Shown: positions 8,905 to 18,698 of the stretch, in pieces | How positions within the stretch are numbered: the stretch's first letter is position 1 | Layout: each line of letters opens with the position of its first letter | NCBI GenBank assembly: GCA_964201665.1 | Contig: CAXNEW010000003.1 | Coordinates: 13,284 to 77,283, forward strand | Source: Bdellovibrionota bacterium | GTDB taxonomy: Bacteria > Bdellovibrionota > UBA2428 | Direction: 5' to 3' | DNA: 64,000 bases | Position numbers and translations under genes: made by a program | Notes under the pieces: generated by a model | The model's database searches: none | What the model was told of the DNA's origin: nothing | The model's input: the letters and a program-made list of their open reading frames with translations, nothing else

Positions 8905-10322
8905 ATTTTAAACTTATTACTTGCGGCCACTTCAGTTGCAATCTTCCAGCAATCATCAAATATTTTTGAAAGGCTTAAATGACCTCTGAAATTTCCGACA
9001 ATTGTGAAGCCAAATTCTTTTTCGAGGCCTTCAAAACTTTGGCTAGCCAAAAATTTTTCAAGATGGATGTCGTAACAGGGTAGGGCCGTTGGCCAAACGA
9101 AAACCGAGGTTGCCGCGGGTTGCCTTAATCCAGGGTTTGATAAATCAAAAATTCGACTCCGATCCTCTAAAGCTGCTGCTATGAGTCTCGATTCAAGGTT
9201 TTTGCCTAGGGCTTTGGACGCAATTTCAAAATTAAGTGAAAATTTTTGTGTCTGGCCAAAAATATAGGTTTCATTTTTTCGCTCATATCGCGCTGGAAAA
9301 ATACAACTATTAAACAACACTCCCAAGCTATTGAAATTTTCAGAACGAGGAAACAAACACCCAAAACCTTGGTTTTGCTTTAGCAGACCCAAGGGAGGCT
9401 CGTTAAACTCCAATGTTAGGGCGGCAAGAGCCAGGGTTGAAAGGGGAGTTGTTTCAAGATTCTGAATGAAATTTTTCAGAGATTCCCTTTGTCTCGACGT
9501 GTAGGCAAATTCGGAGGCCTGGGCCTCCAAATCCTTTATAATCTCTAAAGTGTTTTTCAGATCCAGAGCCAGAAAGACCCGGCTTGGATTTTTCAATTTT
9601 TCGTCAAACCAAGTCCGGGATTCAAATTTTTTATGAGTTAGAATTTCGACCCGTCCCGAATTTTCTAGGAATCTCTTGAGGCTTTCGCACCAAAACTTCA
9701 TTCCCTTAAGTGGCGCTGCAGTGACCCTGCGGGTTTTTGATTTCTCCGTGTCACGTTGCTTTCTTCGATTCATCACGGATCCAACAACTAAGCTTGCGCT
9801 CAAATTTTCTGCCTTGGAGGCGTAAATTCCGCCAAGGCCTGGTTCAAGAAGAAAATCTACAAACTCCCTACCGAAAATATTTTCTCCCCACTCACGCATG
9901 GTCGAAAATTTGTTAGGCTTAAGGGATCTAAACACTAAGGCCCCCACAAGACCTATAAGGACTCGAAGTGTGCCCAAAAAACTAAGGGGCCAGCGCCTCA
10001 TTTTACCTCGAGAAAAAATAAACCGGGCCTTTGAACTTGTGGGATCTGCAAGGATAAGCGAAATTCCTAAATCGGCCGCTGCCTGTTCAATTAAGGGGCT
10101 AACTAAAAAACCATTAGCTGCGCTTTCTGAGAAATGGGATCCAGAGCCTTTTTCGGTTCCAAGTCCCATCAGGCCGCCAAGGTGAGATTGGGACTCAAAG
10201 ATTCTAATTTTGCAGTTGGGATTTTGTTTATACAATGAATACGCCAGCATGAGACCGGTAAAACCTGCACCCGCTATTACAAAATCGGGATCCTTCTTGG
10301 GTACTGGGCTGGCCAAACTCAA
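8901..10322 (-). CDS. hemY: FAD-dependent protoporphyrinogen/coproporphyrinogen oxidase (HemY type)
   Basis: Carries the dinucleotide-binding motif 'FVIAGAGFTGL', is 473 aa long, and sits between hemE and hemH. TTG start directly abuts the hemE stop. Confidence 0.75.
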   Translation of the reverse strand: MSLASPVPKKDPDFVIAGAGFTGLMLAYSLYKQNPNCKIRIFESQSHLGGLMGLGTEKGSGSHFSESAANGFLVSPLIEQAAADLGISLILADPTSSKARFIFSRGKMRRWPLSFLGTLRVLIGLVGALVFRSLKPNKFSTMREWGENIFGREFVDFLLEPGLGGIYASKAENLSASLVVGSVMNRRKQRDTEKSKTRRVTAAPLKGMKFWCESLKRFLENSGRVEILTHKKFESRTWFDEKLKNPSRVFLALDLKNTLEIIKDLEAQASEFAYTSRQRESLKNFIQNLETTPLSTLALAALTLEFNEPPLGLLKQNQGFGCLFPRSENFNSLGVLFNSCIFPARYERKNETYIFGQTQKFSLNFEIASKALGKNLESRLIAAALEDRSRIFDLSNPGLRQPAATSVFVWPTALPCYDIHLEKFLASQSFEGLEKEFGFTIVGNFRGHLSLSKIFDDCWKIATEVAASNKFKI

Positions 10323-11378
10323 TCACGCGCCCTTACCAAAGAACTCACGTACCGCCAGAACGAATTCACGAACGTGGGATTCGGGTGTTTTTGGCAAAAC
10401 TCCATGACCTAAACCGCAAATCCAATTTGCAGGAGCTTGTCCTAAACAACTTTCATAGATTTCTGAAATCCAACTTTTTAAGTATTGCCTAAATTCACCC
10501 GTTGGCAAAAACAAAAGGTTTTGATCAAAATTACCTTGCACAAAAAAAGGACTTTTCGTTTTTAAAAGTTGTGAAAGCGGATAACGATGATCAACACCCA
10601 TTCCTGCCCAGTTTGTATTTTGACCTGACATAAATCCCAGCCGATTAAAATATTGGGGATGGGCACCTCGGGCATAAAACCCAAGTTTTTTTGGAAAACT
10701 TCGAGCCAGTTCTTCTAAAAACGGGGCAATCTCTTTGTCGTAATTTATAAAATCGAGCTCGCCCACGGAACTTTCAAAAACCATCACGCAGTCAGCTCCT
10801 CCTTCAATTTGGAGGCGAATATTTTCTTTAATGAGTGGGAGGAGTCTTTCAAGAAAGGGGCTTAGCATTGCCATCTTTTGTTTGACCCCAACAAAGGAAC
10901 CTTCATGTCGCCCGCCCACAGCGTAAGAAAACAAGGTAAAGGGTCCGCCGACAAAACCCAAAAGTCCCTTATCAGGATGAAGTCTTTGCCGAGTAATCTG
11001 TAGAGCTTTTTTCTGAAATTCTAACTTGGGTAGGCAATCAAAAACAGGAGGAACATTTTTAATGTCCTCAAGCGAGTTTAACGACCTTTCAAACTGAGGC
11101 CCTTTGGCTTCGGAAAAATGAAGACCAAGTCCCCAGGCGTCCAAAGGAAAAAGAATATCACTAAACAAAATTGCAGCATCAAAATCAAAATCCTCAATGG
11201 GTCCCATGGCGACTTCAGCTGCGAGTTCGGGTTGCCGGCACAATTCAAGAAAACTATATTGAGCTCTGAGCTTTTGGTAGTGCTGATGGTATCTGCCAGC
11301 CTGGCGCATAAACCAAATCGGAGGAGCCTCACCCGGCATTTTTGCTTGATTTGAGAGAACCCTTTGAATCGAATTCAT
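10323..11378 (-). CDS. hemE: uroporphyrinogen decarboxylase
   Basis: Contains 'PIWFMRQAGRY' and 'ILFSDIL', which are typical HemE motifs. Its ATG forms an ATGA overlap with the upstream gene's stop. Confidence 0.92.
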   Translation of the reverse strand: MNSIQRVLSNQAKMPGEAPPIWFMRQAGRYHQHYQKLRAQYSFLELCRQPELAAEVAMGPIEDFDFDAAILFSDILFPLDAWGLGLHFSEAKGPQFERSLNSLEDIKNVPPVFDCLPKLEFQKKALQITRQRLHPDKGLLGFVGGPFTLFSYAVGGRHEGSFVGVKQKMAMLSPFLERLLPLIKENIRLQIEGGADCVMVFESSVGELDFINYDKEIAPFLEELARSFPKKLGFYARGAHPQYFNRLGFMSGQNTNWAGMGVDHRYPLSQLLKTKSPFFVQGNFDQNLLFLPTGEFRQYLKSWISEIYESCLGQAPANWICGLGHGVLPKTPESHVREFVLAVREFFGKGA

Positions 11379-13042
11379 AGAGGATTTCTAAGTTGCTTTG
11401 TAAGATCCGTCCACTGGGACTCACCTCCGGGTAAAAGCTCTAGTCGGTCTAAGGGAATCCGATCTTTTAGATATTCATAGGTTTTTCCAGCACCACAGAA
11501 ATGAAAATATTCTGATTTTGTAAAATCAAAACCGCTTTCTTGGGCAAACTTAAATTTCGTAGGGCTTTTCCAGAAAAAAATTTTTTTGCCTTGAAGTTGG
11601 GCAAAAATTTCTTCTCGGGGTTTAGATCGCAGTTGATAAACAGGAAGATTGAGGAAATTTAAATTCTGAGAATCACCATGACTTAAGTGAATTATTTTCT
11701 GAGCTCCCGTAAGCTTTAAGATCCCGTTCCAATCTTCAGATTGAATTCCCGAGGAACTGGAATGGCCCAATGGTCGAAGCCCCCTTTTTAAACACTCAAC
11801 AAAGGTTTTTTCACCGGGAGCCCAAACTAGCCCCAGTGTCATTTCTGCAAACAGCTCTTTAATTTGGGCGCATAGACCTAAGGTCGTTGGATGCGCTGGA
11901 ATCCAGAGAAGAGCTTCGGGCACAATTTTAAATTCCGTTTTGAATTTTCTATAGGATTCCAAAATTGACATTGAGTTGAGAGGAACTCTTTCAACAATGT
12001 CAGGCAAACTCTCCTTGAAGTTGTCGCCTCTAGGAGTGGGCCACATCTCATTTACCGAAGCTGATTTCACAATTTCTAAAATTCGAGAATTGGGTGAAAA
12101 CTCATACCGAATGGGGTTTTCCAAGAAATCCGGATGCTTTTTTTCAGAAACAAAAAAGAATCGCTTTGTGCCCGCCTTGATTTCCACAGTAATTCCTACC
12201 TTTTCGTGGCAACCTCCGCCTAAATCAGACAGGATTTTTCGTTCCGTTTGCACGCAATCAAAATCAGGGGAAGAATTAATTTTGGAAAGAAACCAAGTAA
12301 GATCTGATCTTCCACTAGCAATTTCTAGGGCTAGTGCCCCTTGGGCTGCCGCAGTAGGAAACCACTCCAGAGGTAAAATTCGCAAATCGAACCGACTAAG
12401 AAGATCGGCGATTTCAGTTTTGGGTCCGTCAAATGAATCAAGATTTGGAGTTGAATTGGAATCCACCCAACCTGGAGCACCTAAAATTCTATCAATCGCA
12501 GCCTTAGCCACAAAAATTCCCTGAATTTCAGAATCATTTGAAAATTTTTTCAATCGAGTCAGAATATTTCCGCGTACAGCTACGAATTCTATTTCCGGTG
12601 GTTCTGCTAAAAGTGGAAATAATTTATGGAAATTTTTATTTAAACAGAATTCTCTCCGCGGGGATGAGGTAAAAATTCTTAACTTCGGTATTGAATTATT
12701 AATCCGAAAATTTTTTTTGAGTAAAAGCAAATCACGTGGATCTGCTCTCTTAAGAGTGGCGACTATCTTTGTTTTCTCTTGAGCTTCAATCGGCAGGTCT
12801 TTCCAAGAATGGACAACAATATCGGTTTTGCCTTCGATGAGATCCTCTTTAAAGTCTGATGTGAAAACCCCTTTCTCGGGCATTTTCCAGAGTGGGTCAT
12901 TTTGATTTTGGTCGCCCAGGCTTTCTCTAAAACTAAATTCAAGCCGAGTTTGGGGCAATAGCCTTCGAATTTCTCGGGCAACTTCGTAGGCTTGAATGCG
13001 TGCGAGATCACTTTTTCTTGAGGAAATTCTAAGAACTTTCAT
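11375..13042 (-). CDS. hemC: porphobilinogen deaminase fused to a uroporphyrinogen-III-synthase-like C-terminal domain
   Basis: The N-terminal ~310 aa are HemC ('LRISSRKSDLARIQ', 'HSWKDLP', cofactor Cys in 'LGGGCHEKVG'). The C-terminal ~240 aa show a HemD-like pattern, which is an inference. ATG 13042 is preferred over TTG 13048. Confidence 0.8.
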   Translation of the reverse strand: MKVLRISSRKSDLARIQAYEVAREIRRLLPQTRLEFSFRESLGDQNQNDPLWKMPEKGVFTSDFKEDLIEGKTDIVVHSWKDLPIEAQEKTKIVATLKRADPRDLLLLKKNFRINNSIPKLRIFTSSPRREFCLNKNFHKLFPLLAEPPEIEFVAVRGNILTRLKKFSNDSEIQGIFVAKAAIDRILGAPGWVDSNSTPNLDSFDGPKTEIADLLSRFDLRILPLEWFPTAAAQGALALEIASGRSDLTWFLSKINSSPDFDCVQTERKILSDLGGGCHEKVGITVEIKAGTKRFFFVSEKKHPDFLENPIRYEFSPNSRILEIVKSASVNEMWPTPRGDNFKESLPDIVERVPLNSMSILESYRKFKTEFKIVPEALLWIPAHPTTLGLCAQIKELFAEMTLGLVWAPGEKTFVECLKRGLRPLGHSSSSGIQSEDWNGILKLTGAQKIIHLSHGDSQNLNFLNLPVYQLRSKPREEIFAQLQGKKIFFWKSPTKFKFAQESGFDFTKSEYFHFCGAGKTYEYLKDRIPLDRLELLPGGESQWTDLTKQLRNPL

Positions 13043-13051
13043 ACTCAAAAA

Positions 13052-15886
13052 CTAAAATCCAGTTACAGGTGGGACGCGCTCAGGCATACGTAGGATCATT
13101 TCCAGATTCAGGGATTTTCCGTCGGAATAAATTCTTTGATAATTCATAAAATTTCTAAGAATAGATTTCACATAATTTCGAGTCTCAAGAAAGGGAATTC
13201 TTTCGACAAAAGTGTCAGGATGATCCTTCGAATAGGAGTTAAGCCACTTAACTACCGGTGGAGACCCTGCATTGTAGGCCGCAATTGAAGTCACCCACGA
13301 GTTTTCAAACTGGCGCACAAGCCTGCCTAAGTGATGACTGCCAAGTTTGACGGCATTGGGTGGTTCAAACAGTAACTCCGTGCGAAAATTTTTCCAATCC
13401 ATAAGGCGAGCTTCTTGTTCAGCAACCGGAGGAATAATTTGCATCAGACCAATGGCGTTGGCCCAAGACTTGGCTTGTGAATCAAAGGCGGATTCTTGCC
13501 TAATGAGCGAGGCCGTTAGCCAGGGATCGAGCCCCTGTTTTTTAGACTCAGTTTGAATAATATCCCAGTATGGAAGGGGATAAAGATTCAAAAAATCACT
13601 TTCCTCTAAATCTTTGACATTGGCTTGTCTGGCGACTTCAGCTGCCCTTAATGCGCCAACCGGATCACCGAGAGCGCGTCTCATCCAGGAGACAGAACGG
13701 GAAAATTCTCGTCTTTTAGTCCAGGGGATGCGACTCGACAGAACTATTTGCCAAAGTGAACGATCTAAATCCCCAAACGCCGCTCGAGCGTCCTCAAATT
13801 TTCCTAAACTCCCCAAAACATAAACTCGAGCAAAGGCGCGATACACAGGATCTCGCGCGCGCCCATTAGACTGCACAAACAAGTCCCAGTTAGGCGTTTC
13901 CCACTTACGTGTTCCTGCGGGGACTCTCACATCGAGAGGAACCTTGAGCACTTGCCAATCATCAGGGGTTTCTTCAAATTCATTTTTAAGTCTTAAGCCC
14001 GCAATATTGCTGTAGTAAGAATAGGGGTCGGTGACATAGGCCTTTTTATAAAACTCGACGGCCTTTTTCTTTTCACCAAGGATTTGATGAATTCTTGCCG
14101 TCCAATAAAGCCATCGCGTTTTTTCTCCTGCATCTCTTTCTGAAATTTTTCTTAGAGGTTCTAGGTAAGAAAGCAGGAGACTCAGTTCGGCGGTATCGGT
14201 TGCGGGGCTCCGGGTAGACTGCTGAACATCGTCGATTTTTAAATAAACCTTTCTCCACAAAAGGTCTTCAGTCAGGTCCTGCGGGATTTTGGCTTGGAGG
14301 GCCTGGTCGGCAAGTTCAAGGGCCCCTTTAATTTCTTTAGACTGTTCTTTAATACGGGCCCGTATGACGAGAGCTTGGCCTTGAAAAAAATTTACTCCAT
14401 ATTTTTTATTTGCATCCAAAATTTTTACAATAATCTCTAAGGCTTTCTGAGGGTCATCGTAATTCCAATAAAGGCGTGAGAGTTCATGTAATCTGCTCAA
14501 ATACTTTTGGATTTCTGCCGTTGAGGGTTTGTTTTTTTTATCGCCTTCAGGGGGAAGGAGAAAATTTCTCATCGAAAAATAACTTTTTATGATTGAAGAG
14601 ATTTGACCCCGCTCATCAAGAAGCCTGAGAACACGAATATGATAAATAAGGGCTCCCCACAAATCATCATCACTCATATCGCGGGGATTTAGGAGTCGTA
14701 CCCGTTTCATAGTTCTTAACGCAGCCAAGGAATCGAGGGCTCGAACCTGGGCACGGGCGCGAGTGATGATTTCATCTAAATTAAGATCGCGAAGCATCGG
14801 CGCTTTGAACGCAGAGGCCAACCCTAGCTTTTGACTAAGGGCCCTAATTTTTTGGGGGTAGGGGTCATTCGGAAAAGCTATCCAAAGTTCGCGGAGTCTA
14901 CCCAGAACAGCATTGCGGTCTCGAACCCCAGCATCCCTTAAGAACTCAAAAAAAAGACTTTGGGACCATAAAAAGAAATCGTCTTCTGATCCATTGTTTT
15001 TAAAATCTGAGTTACGGTTTGCAATCAATCGCTCTAGGGTCCAGTTCAAAAGGGGCCAGTTTTTTATGGGAGCTGGAGTTGGAGTCTCAGGGTCCAACCC
15101 CGAGACGGCCAATGTGCTTGGAGGGGGGAAAAATTTTTCAATCCAAAGGGTCGTTTGAGTCAAAAGATTCATTGAAGTCGATTTTCGGTAGTCTCCTAAA
15201 AGGGAAGCATTGGCCTTGAGGTGATCAATAAGGTTTTCAAAACGAAAACTTTCGCCGTAAATTTCCATAAGAGCCCATGCAGCTTCAGTACCCAGGGGCT
15301 GGTCTTTGCGATTGCGACTCTCGATCAGAAGAGGCTCGAGCCAATTGCGGGCTTCAACGACGTAGGGTTCGGTTGTTTGCCAAAACTCTTTTTCAGCCTC
15401 TCGCCAAAAACCTTGCGGCTTGGAAAACAAAATTCCCTCCGAAAGTGGAAATTCACCGGGAGCTTGCTTTTGAAACAAATTTGCGGACAATAACTTGATT
15501 TCGTTTACAATAACCCCCGAAACGACCAAGGCAATTGCGGGGTTTTCTTTACGTCCGTACACCGATCTAAACTTGGAAATTTTTTCAATAAATTCGGCTT
15601 CAGGGCAGATTCTTTGAAACTGCGCCGGTTGTTCCCAATATTCAATGCCTAAATTGGCCTTATCCTGTAAACAAGATTCAAGTTGTTTGGGAATTGCTTT
15701 TTGAAACCGTGGAGGGTGCGTGGTGGGTTCTTTGTAGGATTCAATAGGATTGAGAACTTGGGCCCACACAGGTTTCGCAATCAGAAGGGCGCCACAGATT
15801 CCCGTGCAAAATAGCTTTAAGAAATCCCTCATTTGATTTCTTAGAGTAACACGATTTGGGCTGGACCCAGATAAACCCCGCATCAA
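13052..15886 (-). CDS. large soluble lytic murein transglycosylase (Slt70-like, SLT domain at the C-terminus)
   Basis: The C-terminus carries the catalytic motif 'IRQESAFDSQAKSWANAIGLMQIIP'. The long helical-repeat N-terminal region resembles the Slt70 architecture. ATG 15832 would give the signal peptide 'MRDFLKLFCTGICGALLIAKPVWAQ'. Confidence 0.8.
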   Translation of the reverse strand: MMRGLSGSSPNRVTLRNQMRDFLKLFCTGICGALLIAKPVWAQVLNPIESYKEPTTHPPRFQKAIPKQLESCLQDKANLGIEYWEQPAQFQRICPEAEFIEKISKFRSVYGRKENPAIALVVSGVIVNEIKLLSANLFQKQAPGEFPLSEGILFSKPQGFWREAEKEFWQTTEPYVVEARNWLEPLLIESRNRKDQPLGTEAAWALMEIYGESFRFENLIDHLKANASLLGDYRKSTSMNLLTQTTLWIEKFFPPPSTLAVSGLDPETPTPAPIKNWPLLNWTLERLIANRNSDFKNNGSEDDFFLWSQSLFFEFLRDAGVRDRNAVLGRLRELWIAFPNDPYPQKIRALSQKLGLASAFKAPMLRDLNLDEIITRARAQVRALDSLAALRTMKRVRLLNPRDMSDDDLWGALIYHIRVLRLLDERGQISSIIKSYFSMRNFLLPPEGDKKNKPSTAEIQKYLSRLHELSRLYWNYDDPQKALEIIVKILDANKKYGVNFFQGQALVIRARIKEQSKEIKGALELADQALQAKIPQDLTEDLLWRKVYLKIDDVQQSTRSPATDTAELSLLLSYLEPLRKISERDAGEKTRWLYWTARIHQILGEKKKAVEFYKKAYVTDPYSYYSNIAGLRLKNEFEETPDDWQVLKVPLDVRVPAGTRKWETPNWDLFVQSNGRARDPVYRAFARVYVLGSLGKFEDARAAFGDLDRSLWQIVLSSRIPWTKRREFSRSVSWMRRALGDPVGALRAAEVARQANVKDLEESDFLNLYPLPYWDIIQTESKKQGLDPWLTASLIRQESAFDSQAKSWANAIGLMQIIPPVAEQEARLMDWKNFRTELLFEPPNAVKLGSHHLGRLVRQFENSWVTSIAAYNAGSPPVVKWLNSYSKDHPDTFVERIPFLETRNYVKSILRNFMNYQRIYSDGKSLNLEMILRMPERVPPVTGF

Positions 15887-15939
15887 CCGCGGTTCCCATA
15901 AAAGTTTACATAATATAAATTATGGGCGCGAAATTTGCA

Positions 15940-16040
15940 GTCATCCCGAACGCAGTGAGGGATCTCCAACGTACTTGGCTGCCAAGAAACGAAGGGGATC
16001 CCTCACATAACGGGATGACGGGTGGTTTCGGGATGACGGG
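15940..16040. repeat. nested inverted-repeat (REP/MITE-like) element built from gtcatcccg...gtgagggatc hairpin units
   Basis: The left unit is 15940-15964. An inverted copy lies at 15996-16019, and an extra half-copy 'cgggatgacggg' is repeated at 16011-16022 and 16029-16040. The central palindrome is cttggc/gccaag. Confidence 0.7.
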
Positions 16041-16043
16041 TCC

Positions 16044-17294
16044 TTAAATTAGCAAACTCACGACTGCGGCCGTCAAAAAGCTTGCGAGATTTCCGGCTAA
16101 AACGGCTTTCAAACCCATTTGGGCAATTTCTGCTCTGCGTGTAGGGGCCATAGCGCCCGTACCGCCTATTTGTATGCCGATAGATGCGAAATTTGCAAAG
16201 CCGCAAAGGGCATAACTCGCCAAGGTTACGCCTCGGTCACTGAGCTGAGCTCCAAAATCTGCAAGGTGAATGTAAGCAACAAATTCATTAAGGACGACTT
16301 TTTCGGCCAAAATATTTCCAATTTGCCCACAATCAGCCCACGGAACCCCTATCAAAAATGCGATTGGCGAAAATACAAAACCCAAAATCCGAGAAAGGTC
16401 CATATTCTCCACACCAAACACAAATCCATTTAGCGAAGATACGACTGAATTTCCCAAAGCAATAAGAGCAATAAAGCAAATAAGCATAGCAGCTACGTTG
16501 AGACCTAATTTCAATCCCTCGCTAGCCCCTCTGGCAGCGGCGTCAATAATGTTTGCATCATTGGGTAATGGCAAATCTATAGAAGTTTCAGACTTTTTGC
16601 TTATCAAATCTTTCTGTGACTCTGGCACCATCAACTTTGCAATAACGAGGGCCGCCGGAGCGGCAAGTACGCTTGCTGTTAGGAGATGCCCCGCAATGTC
16701 AGGGATTCGGCCTTTAAGCAGGCCCACATAGGCAGCCAATACCCCACCCGCTACTGTAGCCATTCCGCCTGTCATGAGAGCAAAAATCTCTGACCGGCTC
16801 ATGGTAGGTAAATAAGGTTTAATGAGTAGCGGAGATTCAGTTTGGCCCAGAAAAATTTCAGCAGAGGCCGCCAAAGACTCGGGGCCGCTGACTCCCAATG
16901 TCCGACGCATAAGCCAAGCAAAGGCCTTTACGACTTTTTGAAGTAAACCCAAATGATAAGCGACAGCTGTTACTGAAGAGAAAAACAAAATAGTTGGAAT
17001 AACTTGGAAGGCAAAAATAAAACCCCAGGAATCCTTTGTTTCAGCAAGGGGCCCAAAGACAAATTTAGAGCCTTCCTGGGTAAATGCCATAAATCGATCA
17101 ATGAGCTGAGTGAAGGCTTCAAACACAAATCGAAGAGGGGCCCCTACCCCGAGTTTGGGAATCCCTAAAATGAGCAAGGCTAAGGCAAACTGCAAAAGTA
17201 ATCCTGTCAGAATTGTGCGCCACACGACACGTTTTTTATTTTCAGAAACTAAAAACGCTATCGATAGAAAAATACCTATACCTAAAATTCCCAC
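16044..17294 (-). CDS. NupC-family concentrative nucleoside transporter
   Basis: 416-aa polytopic membrane protein. The C-terminal 'CGFANFASIGIQIGG' is typical of NupC/CNT. GTG start. Confidence 0.85.
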   Translation of the reverse strand: MGILGIGIFLSIAFLVSENKKRVVWRTILTGLLLQFALALLILGIPKLGVGAPLRFVFEAFTQLIDRFMAFTQEGSKFVFGPLAETKDSWGFIFAFQVIPTILFFSSVTAVAYHLGLLQKVVKAFAWLMRRTLGVSGPESLAASAEIFLGQTESPLLIKPYLPTMSRSEIFALMTGGMATVAGGVLAAYVGLLKGRIPDIAGHLLTASVLAAPAALVIAKLMVPESQKDLISKKSETSIDLPLPNDANIIDAAARGASEGLKLGLNVAAMLICFIALIALGNSVVSSLNGFVFGVENMDLSRILGFVFSPIAFLIGVPWADCGQIGNILAEKVVLNEFVAYIHLADFGAQLSDRGVTLASYALCGFANFASIGIQIGGTGAMAPTRRAEIAQMGLKAVLAGNLASFLTAAVVSLLI

Positions 17295-17306
17295 AAAAAA
17301 CCCTTT

Positions 17307-18692
17307 CTATGCACCGTTAAAAAATGAAACGAAATAATAAACTAAAAACAGAGGCGCAAAATATCGAATCCAAAATCTCCAGAGCTGAAACAATCTATCA
17401 AGAATTAACCCTCGTCCTAAAATTTGTACTTGCGACCTACGCGGCATTTTCCAACCCACCAAATAGCACAAAACCAATGAGCTTAACGGAAGGAGGAGAT
17501 CGGCTCCTGCCTGTCTCATATACTGCGCCAAGGTTGGCACCAGCGGAATAGTGAGCATGAGTGCACCAAATCCAAAGAGGTGTAATGAAGCTCGCAAACG
17601 AGACCAATGTAATTCATTGCCCAAGGTGAATATGGCAATATCAAGAATTGAAAGAGCCGAAGCCATCCCCGCAAAAAAAAGACCCATAAACAAAGAAATT
17701 GAAGCAAAAGAACCCCAGGGTTTGGTCGCCAAAACCTCAGGCACCTTGTCGAGAATTAGAGTTCGAGACTCCACTCGCACATCACCACTAAACATTCGAA
17801 TCAGCTCGACAGTTTCCACTTGTGACGCAAAGGCGGAGGCTACAACTAAACTCATTAGACTCGACAAAAAATCAGTCATTACAATGAGCCCAGCGATTCT
17901 CATGAATTTTCCTGATTGTTTCCAGAAATCCGTGGGCTCTTTTTTGTTAGTATTCAAAGGCGCCTGGGATGCATAAAAAACAAAATGATACATCACACCA
18001 AATCCCGCACTTAGGGTAAACAAACTAAATCCAAGTGTTTTGAAAATGGCGTCAAAATCAAGTCGAGCATTGTCCCAGTAGAAAATTCTCTCAAGTCCAA
18101 CAGTTCCAAAACTCTTTAAGATAATGTAGGCAGAAAAAACCCAGCAAAGAAAAGCGCCAACGACCAAAATTTTCAAAAGCCTCGCTAAAATTCGGGGAGG
18201 ATAAAGCGAACATAGAGTTGCAACGGCCAAAGCAAAAAAGGCTCTAAAATAGGAACTCGAATATGAAAACTCCAATAAAGTTCTTTCGTTTACAGGTTTA
18301 AAAAAAGCTCGCGAAATTTCCCCTGCAGCGAGACCCAATAGCCTGCCCATATCCATAAGATAGGGCGGCAAAATCATAAGCACTGCAAGATACGAAAAAA
18401 CCGGAACTGCCCAACTCACCCGTGACCCGGAAGGGACTAAGACTTGATAGGATTGCCAATAGGGGCGCATGAGCCAACGGGACCAAAGAAATTCCCCAAC
18501 CAAAAGAGTCCCGCCCAAAATAAAAAGACCCATCAAATGAAGCAAGATTACCGGCACACCGCCAGAGGAAATAACGAGTCCCGGAATGGCTAGAAAATTT
18601 CCGAGTCCAACTGCCGATCCGACACCCAACCAGAATAAATCAGAACTTTTGTAGAGGCTCCAAGGGGTCGGTTTTTTCCAACGCAGTCCCAT
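17307..18692 (-). CDS. sodium-dependent (SNF/NSS-like) transporter
   Basis: 461-aa polytopic protein. 'GSAVGLGNF' resembles the NSS TM1 motif. The family call is tentative. Confidence 0.6.
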   Translation of the reverse strand: MGLRWKKPTPWSLYKSSDLFWLGVGSAVGLGNFLAIPGLVISSGGVPVILLHLMGLFILGGTLLVGEFLWSRWLMRPYWQSYQVLVPSGSRVSWAVPVFSYLAVLMILPPYLMDMGRLLGLAAGEISRAFFKPVNERTLLEFSYSSSYFRAFFALAVATLCSLYPPRILARLLKILVVGAFLCWVFSAYIILKSFGTVGLERIFYWDNARLDFDAIFKTLGFSLFTLSAGFGVMYHFVFYASQAPLNTNKKEPTDFWKQSGKFMRIAGLIVMTDFLSSLMSLVVASAFASQVETVELIRMFSGDVRVESRTLILDKVPEVLATKPWGSFASISLFMGLFFAGMASALSILDIAIFTLGNELHWSRLRASLHLFGFGALMLTIPLVPTLAQYMRQAGADLLLPLSSLVLCYLVGWKMPRRSQVQILGRGLILDRLFQLWRFWIRYFAPLFLVYYFVSFFNGA

Positions 18693-18698
18693 TCACAC

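Noticed and set aside
16003-16206. 67-aa ORF ending '...RTRHPETTRHPVM' at the nupC 3' end.
   Set aside because: Its N-terminal part is just the inverted-repeat element (cgggatgac units) read as codons. The rest overlaps the nupC coding sequence.
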